From Cycas panzhihuaensis (Eukaryota; Plantae; Cycadophyta), in contig CM041465.1 in the NCBI GenBank assembly GCA_023213395.1, positions 174,289,741-174,353,740 on the forward strand: 64,000 nucleotides of DNA, in the 5' to 3' direction. Positions within the stretch are counted from its first letter, which is position 1. Each line of letters starts with the position of its first letter. The position numbers and the translations under genes were made by a program. The notes beneath the pieces were generated by a model. That model made no database searches and had not been told where the DNA came from. It saw only the letters and a program-made list of their open reading frames with translations. Positions 49,967 to 62,600 of the stretch are shown one piece after another.

Positions 49967-51578
49967 TTGGAGCTAGAAGACATTATTTTTGTGCCAAAAA
50001 GGAATGAATTTTGGTTAACAGACCTTCCCTTATCCTTACTCAAATATATTGGAACTAATTTTCGTTTTTGGGCAATTAAAATAGAATGCATTTTTGTAGA
50101 TAAAAGACTATTGGAATTTGTTCATGGTGCTGCATTATTTGACAGAAAGGGAAAGGAAAATTTTAGGAAGAATCAAGTAGTCATTAATGTGATGCTTGGA
50201 GCCTTTGATAAAGAAAATCTTCCTCCTTCATACTGTTTTCTTATCCATGCACTTCAACATATTGATATAATAAAAGAGGCACGGAATTTGTTGAAGGATG
50301 TGTATTAACAGAGTCCTCAAGAGGTACAAGAGGACCTTGAAAGGACAAACATAGTTGTTGAAGATGATGAAGACTGTACCAATAATACAAATGAAAATGT
50401 ATGTGAAGAAACTAATGAAGATGATGGAACTGCTCTCAAATCTGTCGTTGAGATTGATGATTTGGCCACTAATAAAGAAAATCAAGCAATAAAAAATCCC
50501 CTAGATGAATCTATTGCTTCAAGGGAGGATGAAGCTATTTATTGTTTTGAAGACTTTGTTGAGTGCAAACTTGATTTGACTATTGGTTTTAATTTTAACT
50601 GCTTATAAAATGATGAAAACCTTCCACCAAAAGTTGAAGGAACCATTATTGGTAGTATTAATCAAGGGAAGGAACACACACATGATGTGGACGTTGATAC
50701 TTGTATTTCAAATAATGTTGATTCTTCTTTTGACTCATTTTAAAATTCTGACATTCATTCGTTAGTTGCTAATAACTCATATGTTGAAGAAAATGAAATC
50801 AAACATATAGTGGCCAAAACATTGATTGAAGACATGCTTGATGAATACTTTGAAGATGTCTTTGATGAGTACATATAGGATCCCCTAACAGGTCTACACC
50901 AAGCTCAAGTTGGTTCAACCTTGGTGCACTACACACCTTTCATAGCAAATGATTCATTCTTACATATGAAGATAAAGAAGGCCAGGTTCAAGGACCATCA
51001 CTCTGGAAGACCACTTCAATGACAACATTACAGAAATGAAGATAAAGATTAAGGAGAAGACATTGCGTTCAAGACTATTCTAAAGTTAAGGCGTTGCAAA
51101 TTCAAAGAAGACAAAGCCTTGTTGATTAAATCAGAAGTCCAATAGAAGTCATTGTTAAGTGTCATGTTAGTCCTTGATATTTAGTCTTTTTGTAATCATG
51201 ACATTAAACATGATGGAGAGGTGTTGAAAGATAATGTTTAATGTATAAGTGTCTACGTATGTAATGCACATTTGTGCATATAGGTGGTCATTAGATTATT
51301 GGTCAATATATAGGTGTTATGTGGGTGGTTGTGTAAGAGGTCATTTATGCCACATGTCACACATGTAATCCTAATCTCTCCTACTTGTGATGTATAAATA
51401 AGTGGTTGAGGTAGAGTAGATGGCGTGTAGTTAAGATGGAGTCCATTATGATATTATTGTTGTTGTGGAGATATTATGATGTACTTCCTTTTATATTGAG
51501 TTAATGCTATCATATTATGTTCTTGATATTGTTTTATTGTCCTTGGATGTTGAATGCTCTCCATGTAATAATTTAACA
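49967..51578 (+). mobile_element. Non-autonomous Copia derivative I (gag N-terminus, acidic tail, 3' LTR 51222-51578); 5' LTR not found
   Basis: KYIGTNFRFWAIKIECIFVDKRLLEFVHG is a Copia gag start; in-frame D/E-rich continuation to ~51020; PPT GGAGAGG, then TGTTGA...TTTAACA. Confidence 0.65.
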
Positions 51579-54500
51579 TACATATTCTTATAATAATATA
51601 TTAATGTTTAACATGGCATAGCATTGTTGTTGTAAATCCTGGATCTGTGATTGGCTAGTTTGTATTTAACAAGTGATATGAGAAGGTGTTTTCTTGTGCC
51701 ATGATTTAACATTTGGTATTAGAGCCGATGATTGAAGGTTCATGTGTGGAGAACTTGTTTGAGACAGTTTGTTAGCCATGTTGCTACGAAGCCTGTATAT
51801 GCGTGTTTTGTCACATGTTGTTCTGCTGCATATTAGATGTGCATTGAGGAGGAGCACTTGGAGCATTTTGGTGTTGTTGACACTCTGCAGCAGATGTGAG
51901 AGGAAGTATTATGCCATTATTTAGATGACAGAGTCGGTATGAGCTTATACGAGGACTCTGCTAAAGATGGTTTGATGAGCTAAGGTTTTGCTAGAGGTTA
52001 TGCCTATGAGGTGTGACCAGATTGGGGCATGTTAAGAGTCACACACACGTTGTTGAAAATTGTGTGAAGACAAGTACTGTACGAGTTGCATGGTATGGCA
52101 TTTATTTGTTTTTTGTGGACATTTAATTAGTATGTTGTGCACACATTTCCTGATTATGCAAGAGGAGAACCTATTGCACGTGAAGTGTAATTTGTTGGCT
52201 ATTAAAGGGTGGAGTAGTTGAAGAGGACGAAAATGACATCCCTATTTAACTGTTGTTATTAGCATGGGAAGAGGTTGTGGAGGACTCCATAGAATATGAT
52301 GAATGTGAATTGGTTGAGTTCGGGTTTGCAGGCTAGCCCCCTATAAATGTGGTTGAAGCTTTATAAGATTGATCACCTCACTAGACCTCATGTTTAGTAG
52401 CATGTGAGTATGTTAACAGGTAATATTTCTCTTACCCAATAGAATCTTGTTCATTGGTTTGTGGATTTTGTTTATGTAACAGTATTTTTGCAGTAGTGTT
52501 TGTTGTTGAGAGATTTGAGGCTTCTTGGAGTGGTACAAAGTTTCATCATATTGAGAGATGTAGCAAGATGATATGGTGAGCCAATACTCAGTGATGTGAA
52601 ATAGGTGAGAAGTGTCTTTGTGATACCTTTATATGATTGACAACAAAATGAGGTATGTTGGTAATAAATAGTTGTTGTTGTGATGTTTTGATGCGAATAA
52701 GAGGATAGGTGAATGGCTAGATGTACTAGAGACATGCATGATATCATGTGCTACATGATGAAAGTATTGCAATTGTGTTTTAATGGCATGATGCTGAATG
52801 CGATTTATGTTGTATGGAGCCATCTTCTTTGTCAGTTTGGTGATGTATGACAGGCATATTTATCCTGACTGATGATTGATGTAAGCTAGCATGAGGGCAT
52901 AATGCTTACATTGTGATTGTTTTCGGTCTAGTTTGACTCTGTTTGAGCTAAATCCTCACTGTTTTGTTGATTTGCATGTGGTACCACTATGCAAGTGAAA
53001 TGTTGTTTGGTTTACTAGCTCATAGATGTGTTGAACAACAAATTGCCATGATTGCCATCACAGGGAATCTTGCTTGGTCCCATTTGTCCTTCGATTAACA
53101 TTGTTTGGAGTTGTGTTGTAGGTTGTGGAGAAAACTAATATCAATGGATGAAAGCCCTAACTACAATGAATGCAACTGAGAGGAATCTACGTGAAGATGT
53201 TTGTTGAAGAATCTCTATGTGGAAGACTGTATGCTTACCATGTGAGTAAACCCTAGCCATAAAGAATGAGAAGGCTGCATGAAGAATGAAGTAGAGGCGC
53301 CAAGTTGGAAGAGTGTTGTGCTACCATGGAAGATCTCTACAAAAGAGAGACAACTGTAGAGTGGGAGATGTCATATGTAGGGTTACGATTATGAAGAGGA
53401 GTGGCGCCCAATTGAAAGGAAAGATTGTGTGGGGAGGAGCCACTCACATTAGAGAAGAGATACTTGCCTGCAGTGAATGAGGAATGACTACCATTGGAAG
53501 GAACCACAACCAAATTTGAAGAGGAGCCACCTCAGTTAACCAAAAGATTATGAAACTTAACGTAGAATCCCCATGTGATTGCTCATTGTGGAGAGATGTC
53601 GCCTGCTCCATCATGGATTGAGATGGAAACAAGCCACCCTTGTTCATATAACTGCATGAGGACTGCCAGCTCTACACGAAAAATGATAGAAAGGACAGGG
53701 GCTCGTATCTATCTCGTAGTATAGAAAATGTCTACTCGTTTAAAGATTTTGTGAAGAAACCCTACCTACCATGGAGATGAGAGGCAATGAACAAATGGCT
53801 ATAGGCCCGTAGAATGGTGCCTTAAGTGGTGCCCACAGTAAAAGAGGAATGTCGCTTAATGGTGAAGAAATAGGTGTAGTTGTTACGTGGAGATTGTTTG
53901 GAGGAAGGGGGAATGATTCATAAATGAGAGATAGCCAGCCAAAACTTTTTAAGGAGCAACCAAGTGGAGAATGCACTCGAATAAAGTATGCCCATGTGGA
54001 GAATTGATTGATTGTGAAGGAGGAGCTGCCACTACATAACTGTGGACGTGATGCAACTGTAGAATATTATTGCTTCCATGGAAATTGAGACGTGGAGATC
54101 TTTGCATGGAAAGGAATGGGGAGGAGTCGCTTGGCATGAAAGAATGATGTATGATTGCCTATTCGTAGAATGACATCTATGTGGAGTGGCGGAATGATCG
54201 TTCACTGTCAAGCTCATGGTTGCCTACCATGGAGATGCTCACAACCATGAAGAAATATCATAGACGTCAACAACTATGATAAGATGGTGCTCGATTGTGG
54301 GAGATGATGCGCACACAGTAGAGAAAGAGGAGATGATGACGTGAAGATTCTTTTGATTGATCTATTGAAGTTTTAGTTAATTTTCAGTCCACTGGTTCAC
54401 CTAAATTCTCGTGTGAAGAGGAGGTGAAATGTTGATTTTGTAATTAAAAAAATTGTAATGGTTGAGTTAAATTTAATTCAATTTAATAGTTGCTTGAAAT

Positions 54501-56114
54501 TCACAAAGCTCTCTATGAGATAGACTAGGAGCTCCAACAAAAGGGGCTTAACTATTTTTTTAAAATCGTGTTCATTTTTACATGACATACTATTACTCTT
54601 TTGACTATAACTTTTTACTGAGATGTCAAATTGAGGTGTTGCCAATTGTGTTGGAGAGAGCACTTCGAGACAGTTGAAAGAAGTGGTCACAAGGCATGGT
54701 TTGAAAATTGTAGTTGGAGATTTTAATAGTCAAAGTTTGTCAAAGAAGTTTTGACAGGTAAAAATTTGTAATTTTTGAATGGTAGGAGAGTTGACCTGGC
54801 ATATTAAAGATTTTCTTAGGCTCATGGATGCATTTATGATACAAATGACTACTTGTTGGTGAATGCAAACAAGTTTTCATTGGTTTTGGCTCATTTTTAT
54901 GGTTTTAATGCTCAAGTTAAGTGGTTTAAGAGGGATGCTGGGAAATCCCCCTGTACTGCAAGGATTTAGTGTAGTGATGTGGAGTACTAATAAAATGGCA
55001 TAATGTTTTTTGTACACCTAGTTGTTGATTAGGGCCCTAGTTGATTAACACTTGTTTGGCAGGCTGTGCAACATCATTGTGTTTGTGTAGCGTTGATGAA
55101 ACAACACATGCATGAGAAGTGTTTTAGATGGTTGCTTTGCAAGTGGGTGTATAAAGTTGTGATTAGATCTGTCAACTTGTCACATGGTTTTGCTTGGAGA
55201 ACTATTCTTGCACGCTTGTTCCATGATCCAGTGGATGGGGCTGAGGGTTTTTAGCCAGGTTTGTCTCCTCAAGATGTAGTAGAGATAGAAGCAGACAGGG
55301 TGGGAGCAGGGAAAGCTTCTTGTGTTGATGGGGAAGGATATTCTGGAGAATTGGCTAGTTCATTAGCATGTTTTAATCTTGAAGCTGTTTGTGACATGAA
55401 GGAAAAAACTTCATATGGTATGATATTAACTTGGTTGATGTCATGGTTTTAGGTGGATGACTGGTTTTATATTTGATTACATAATTATGATCTGATGCAT
55501 TGTTTGATAAGTCATGCTTGTAAGAGGCAAGTATGCTTTTTTTTTTCAACTTAAAGATGCAGGTTCCCACATCGCACTGAAGTTAGGATTTGAAGATTTT
55601 TAGCTTATCAACATTGAACATTAATGGAGAGGTTGTTATGTGTTGTTAGCCACATAAAATAATGTTTAATGTTCTCTTGTTTAAACTTTGGTTAAGGTGA
55701 CACATGCACACGTGTTAATGTAAACTCCCATTGGGAGGTGAGAAGGTTTTTGAAATGTGACAGGCTCATCATGAGGTGAATTGTCTTATAAATATGTACA
55801 CACCCCACTTGAGAAACTTGAGAGTGGAAAGAGTATACTTTATTAGGGGATTAATAGAGTGGAGTTCGCCTCCAACCTTCTCCCGATGTTTTTCCCTGAT
55901 TTGAGTTTTCTATGTTTATATTTGGTGTTTCATGGTGATTATGCGTGTTCTTATACTTGATTTTGTTTTGTATAATGTTTGTGTATATATCGTTATGATG
56001 ATATATTAATATTTAACATGGTATAACAATGTTATTATGAATCCTGGACTTGTGATTGGCTAGTTTATCTAACAATTGGTATGAGAAAGTGTTTTATTGT
56101 GCTATGATTTAACA
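51579..56114 (+). mobile_element. Non-coding LARD-like LTR element J (5' LTR remnant 51579-51711; 3' LTR 55634-56114)
   Basis: 51579-51711 aligns with 55984-56114; PBS TGGTATTAGAGCC 51714-51726; PPT GGAGAGG before TGTTA at 55634; ~3.9-kb interior without recognisable domains. Confidence 0.72.
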
Positions 56115-56221
56115 AATTTCTATAGAGGAAATTATTATTAGGAAGGCAGTTTTAGAAGATTGAAAAATAAAACATTTAATATATTTGATTATAAAGTTAG
56201 TTTTTTTAGAGAGAGCATTAG

Positions 56222-56928
56222 GAGTTAATTTTTGAGAGAGAAGATAAAGACTATGAATAGAAAAGCCTTGATCATTTGAAAATCATTCTTGGGGAATTTA
56301 TTGTATTTAGGATAATGGCTTTGCATCATTAGGGTACATCTATGCAGATTAAAGGATTATGCTCACCTTGAGGAGGGCTACAACTACTGGATATTGAATC
56401 GGGTTTTGCTATTAATTTATTATCATTTCATTTACCGTTATTTATCAATATATGGATGTCATTATGTATGGGTGAATGAACTATGACCATTGAATGATAT
56501 TCTATGAAGAATTATGTACTATAAATATATGTTATCTGCTAGAAATATGATCTCTATAGAGAATTTTTGTTGTTAAATGCATGAAATTCTTTACAAAGAT
56601 CATATTTCTAGTAGATAACATACATTTACAACACATAATTCTTCATAGAATATCATTCAACAATCATAGTTCATCAATCCTTACAAAATAACATCCATAC
56701 ATTGACAAATAATAATAAATGAAATGATAATAAATTAACAATAGAACTTGATATAATATCCAACAATTGTAGCCCTCTTTGAGGTGAGAGCAGTCTTCCA
56801 ATTGGCACAGATGTGCCCTAATGGCGCAAGGCCATTATTCCAAGTATAATAAATCCTCTAAGAATGTTTTTCAAATGATCAAGGCTTTTCTATTTATGAT
56901 CTTTATTTTCTCTCTAAAAAACTAACTC
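56222..56928. repeat. Long inverted repeat / fold-back (arms ~345 bp, 17-nt loop 56567-56583)
   Basis: For example AATAGAAAAGCCTTGATCATTTGAAAA vs TTTTCAAATGATCAAGGCTTTTCTATT, and TTGAATGATATTCTATGAAGAATTATG vs CATAATTCTTCATAGAATATCATTCAA. Confidence 0.93.
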
Positions 56929-57674
56929 TCAATTTTCCTTGTTGCAAGTCGCATCTTGGATTAGACAACAATAATCAATGATAAAATCATTGAGCAATTG
57001 AAGAAAGTAAATTCTGGTGGCAATGTCTAGAAGTCAACATATTTTGTATATGCAATTCTTAGAACAATACAATTCTCCCATTTCGACAGATGTCTGGTGA
57101 TGACATTCCAATTGCATTCAAACTTTCAAAGGTATGGAAGTCAAAAGTGCCATTGTTTCTCTATGAGTTATCAAAGGATTTCTTATATTTTGTGAGAAAT
57201 TTCATTGATCAACCCTTGAGAATAGATGGAAAGGTCAAAAGATGGCTAGGGAAAAAGAAATGGTGATTTCTATTTGTTTCAAGATTTTTGGACCATATGG
57301 TTGAATGGATATCAATGATATGCTCTATTTTTGCCTAAGTATCCTCCTATTCAACATGTTTTATGGAACTGTATAGACAGTTATCACTAAATAGGCCTAG
57401 GCTATATCCCAAGTGGAAGAAAACTCCTTTATAGGTTTTATGTAGCTTTTGCTCATTATTCCTTTGAAAATTAGTTTTCCTTAGGGTATTAGTAATATGA
57501 GTCATCTAGCCGTGCTAGAATACACATAATATGATTTGATAGTCTAATATATATATTAGTTCTTTAATCCTCATATCAAGAGCTATTTTGATAATGAACC
57601 TACTGAATACACACACACATAAAAAAAAGAAAAAAAAAAAATACACGCATAAATATATATACCGATCTTATAGG

Positions 57675-57945
57675 ATGTACATTTAATAAAGTATATGCCA
57701 TTATTCTATTTTACTTTTCTTTGAATTATTAATGTACTTATTTTTCTTCCAAGGTGTCATGGTTAAGTATATCTAATTATTAATTCAAATCGAAGTCATT
57801 GCACTAGTAGAATGTACATTTAAGAAAGTACATGCCATTATTCTATTTTGTGTTCCTTTGAATTATTAGTGTATTTATTTTTCTTCCAAGGTGTATTGGT
57901 TAAGTATATCTAATTATTAATTCAAATTGAAGGCATTGCATTAGT
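57675..57945 (+). repeat. Tandem duplication, 137-bp unit x2
   Basis: ATGTACATTTAA.AAAGTA.ATGCCATTATTCTATTTT... begins at 57675 and again at 57812. Confidence 0.9.
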
Positions 57946-59613
57946 GCTACTAGTTTGTCTTTATCATTCCTTTAATATTCTTTTTTATTTAAGATTTAAT
58001 GCTTTAAACTATAAGTTGGGTTATTTAGCTCAACTAGTGTACCCTTCAAAAGTTGGGTATTATTTCTTATGTTTTATCCTCCCTTTTCCCTATATATACA
58101 TGTTCTCCAAGCTCTTAGCTAGTAAATAAGACTATTAAATTGTGTTGGTGTGTTTGATTAATGGTTCAGTGCTTTTCCCTTCCCTGAAAATCACCTTTTC
58201 TCTTCGTGGTTGTTAGTTTGTGGATTGAGTGACTAAGCTATGATGGTTAGCCTAAATATTAACCTAGTATTTAGTTGGAATCTTTGCATTCCACATATTC
58301 TTCCATCATAAGCCATAGTAGGTATCTTCACATTATATTAATATGACCTTCATTTACAAAAGGGAATTGCCCTTACTAAATTAAAGGGTCAAGACTTATT
58401 GTTGTTACCCTTGTCCCTAAGCCAACTTTGGACACTTGTAGACTAGTACATACTCTGAATAGACACTTTTAATAGAAGGATGATGGGTAGAAGGTTTAAT
58501 AGAAAAGAAGGTGGGCCTAAACTTTTATAAAAAATAGTTAAATTAAGAAAAAATATTAGAAAATTACAAAAAGAAATAAAAGAAACAAAAATCAACGTAC
58601 ACAATTTTTATGTCATTATTAATGCTTCACACTCTGATTTCTTGTTATTATAAGGAAATACTAAATAATAGTAGCCATTTGAGGCCCAAACTTTGTTACA
58701 ACATGTACACCATGACTCTAAGATTTGGATTATATTTACCATCCTCACGTTTAATAGTGAATGGTTATTATTATTTCTCTCCCATTATTTATTTATTTAT
58801 TTATTTTCCCATTACTCAAATAAGTGTGAGCCTACAAATGGCCATGTAAGATTTGTGTGGGATATTTAAGGGCTCTTACACTACTATAGAAACTCAAAAT
58901 GAATTGCCTAACCTATATTATAACTCATTGTTGCCAAATATAAAGAGGAATAACTATCCCTTAATGCATCTATTAACAAACCCTAACGTCTAGTATCCCA
59001 ACTAGAGAACTACATGCATATGCCTCTTTCAATATGTTTTTAGCTAAGAACCACTATACAAACTATTGTAATGTATCATGCTTGTAATAAATCCCTAACT
59101 AATTAACAGAGAGATTTGGCACACAACAAGAATCAAGCATGAAGGCAATGTAAAAATTATGTATGATGATGGTTTAAAAATGTTCCACAACTTTGATAAT
59201 ACTTGGACTGAACCCAATAATATTTACATCTTAAAAAAAAATCCAAGAAAATCAACTCTAATAAACCAATGCTATAAGAAAGAATTACCTAATAGCTTTA
59301 TTGATGAGATAAAAACAACCCTTTTTGAGGAAGGAAACCTCTAACTCCCAAATGGAAGAATACAAGAAGAAATACCAAAACTACTTTTGTCTTGACATTC
59401 TACCCTAATGATATAAGATTACTAAGAGTTATTTTAACCCTCTACTACATGTGGAATACTTGATTATTGTGATAAAATGTTATAATATATTAATATACTA
59501 TATAGCACTTAAGGTAACTTAATATAGAATAAAATGTTATGTAGATACAAGAAAATAACAAGGCACTCTTTAGATAGTAAGTACTATAAACTTATGCCCA
59601 AGTACTATGGACC

Positions 59614-62600
59614 TATTCGGGAATATGAAATCATATACAAATGTTCTCGGCCATAGAATCTTTTACCATACACAACAAGTAAACAAATATATGCTAATAA
59701 CAAATGCATAGTACATAGGAATTTACGTAGGAAAACCCTTTTGGGAAAAAAACCACCACAAAAGGATCCTTGATGAATCACTTGATTATTTCACAATGAA
59801 TCGATACAATAATCTTAGATGTTGAATATATAAGGCCTCAAGGCATGTATACTCTTCTAAGAGGTGTCACTCGATTAGGGTTGTGACCCTCCGAATAAAT
59901 CACATATTTTTGGCTTCACACATTTTCACTTAATTAAACCACATTAACATTAATTAAGTGGTTTAATAATTAATTGCTACATTAACATCCCCCCTTAATG
60001 TGAATGTGAGGAACCTACCAACTGCAACCGCTGTGTTATCACGAAGGCTGGGATTATCTTACGACTTCTTTCCTTGTTGATACATCCCTCCTCAATGATA
60101 ACATTGGTGAGTCCAAGTTCGATACACATTTTCGTAAATTGATCTTCAGTGAGAGGTTTGGTGAACACGTCTTCAAGTTAGAATTCACTCAGACAATAGT
60201 CATCTTATAGATTCCCTGATTTGATCTATTCATGAATGTAATGGTGATGAATCTTAATGTGCTTTATAAGCATATGAAACTTTGGATTCTTTGATGGGAA
60301 AATTGTACGTTGGTTATCAACAAAGATAATTGAGTCCATGTGAGACTCTAAGAAACTCTAATAAACCTTGCAACCATATGACTTCCTTCGCACCTGTACT
60401 GAGTCCTTAATATTTTGCCTCTGTAGAATAGAGCGCCACTGTCTGTAGCTTCTTCGACTGCCAATAAATAAATCTATTGCCAATTCCAAACAAGTGTCCA
60501 ACAGTGGACTTTCGATCATCAGAATTTTCTCCCTAATCAACATCCGTGTAGCAATGCAATTGTATCTCTTCACCTTGATGGTATTCGAGACCAAGATTGA
60601 TAGTCCCCTTTAAATACTTTAGAATCCACTTCATTGCAATCAAATGAGGTTATTGAGGATTCTGCATGTAGCAAAAAACCAACCTAACAGTGTGTGCAAT
60701 ATCAACGATGGTATGAGTCAAATAGATCAGACTCCCTACCAACTGGCGATACTTTGTGCCATATACAGAGGGCTTAGCCATATCCTTTTGTAACTTCGTG
60801 CCTTTCACATATGATATTATAACTGGTTTGCAGTTTAGCATCCTAAATTTCTCCAGTAAGTTCTTCACATACTGAGATTGTAACAACACAATCCTGTCAT
60901 CCATCTACCATACCTGAATGCTCAAGAAGTAGTGAAGTCTCCCGAGGTATGTTATGTTAAATGAAGCTCCCATATTGGATTTAACTTTAGTAATAGACCT
61001 GTCACAATTACTGCTGACGACTAAATCATCCATATATACTATGCAAGCATCTATTGAAGTCCCTCTTCTCTTCACATATAGATTCAGGTTGAGTTCTGAA
61101 ATCTTGAAACCTTTAGCTTTCAACTTCGCATCCATCTTTTCATACCAAGCATGAGGTGCTTGTTTTAAGCCATAGATTGACTTCTTCAAATGACACACAA
61201 GATGCTCTTAGCCATCCTTAACAAATCCCAGAGGTTGCGACATGTATATCTTCTTCTTTAGATCTCCATTAAGGAATGTAGGCTTTAGGTCCATCTGATC
61301 TAACTTCCAACCATAAGCTGCTGCTAAGGAAATCAACAAATGAACCGTTGTCATTCTGGAGACTGGTGCAAATGTCTCCTCATAGTGAATTCCTTCTTTC
61401 TTCTTGAATCCTTGTGCAACAAGTTTGGCCTTAAACTTGTCCACCTCTCCATCAGAGTGAAACTTTGTCTTGTAGACCCACTTGCATCCTACAAGATTCT
61501 TTGTTGAAGGTAGTGGAACTAAATCCTATGTGTCATTCTTCAACAGAGAACTATACTCCTCCATTGTAGCTCTTCATCTTGGATCTCATTTCGCTTCATC
61601 GAACGAATCAAAATCATTAGAATCGTTGGTGTCTACCAGTAGAGTTTGACTGGCTTGCTGGCTTCGTGTTCTTCGATCATTAGTTAAGGTTTGCATCACC
61701 ACAATGGAATCTACTATAATCTTTCTTGCTCATAAAGGTATTGAAGGACTTGTTATTGGAGGTACTTCAGCTCACAACAACTCCTTACTATTACTCGTCC
61801 CACTTGATCCTGCTTCCTCAGGTGTTTCAGTGACTAGCTCATTATCCTCTTCACTTGATGAATATGGGAATGGGAAAAGGAGGGGGGGTAAAAAGGCTCC
61901 TTTGATGATCGATCGGCATGATACGTCGATGTCTCATCAAATTTGACATCTTGACTAACCATAATCATTTTCCCCTATGGATTCCATAGTCTGTAGGCTT
62001 TGTTCTTCATGCAATACTCCATGAATATGCACTTTAGACTTTTTCGATCCAACTTCTTTTGGGTATCATATGGGATGTAGGTGTATGCAATACACCCAAA
62101 TGTTTTTAAATGGCTAATGACAAGTTTACGACCAGTTGATTTCTCTTTGGGGGTCATGCTGTGAACTGTTTGAGTGGGTACCCGATTCAAAATATATATA
62201 GCAGTCACCACCTTTGGTGGTAGGTTTTGAGCATGCACCATACGCCTCACCATCTCCATCATGGTATGGTTCTTTCTTTCAACAACTCTATTTTGTTGTG
62301 AGATATATGAGACCATAAATTTCTGCTTTATACCATGATCACGATAGAACTGATTAAATGCATTATTGTCATATTTCTTGCTATTATCACTTCTTAATGA
62401 CTTTATTTTCTTATTACATTCATTTCCAACCATCATTTTCTTGTCACGAAAGTGATCAAACACATCTAACTTATTTTTGAGAAAGTAAACCCAGGTCTTC
62501 CTGGTATAGTCATCTACAAAAATAAGGGTATAATAAGCTCTAAATATCGAAGGGTTAGGAAGATGACCGATTATGTCTAAATGTACAAGCTTTAGTTTCT

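Noticed and set aside
52865-52930. CTGATGA as a possible hammerhead ribozyme core (retrozyme)
   Set aside because: No stem II followed by GAAA and no flanking helices could be found.
56945-57500. Decayed coding-like tract after the fold-back
   Set aside because: No motif I can assign with confidence.
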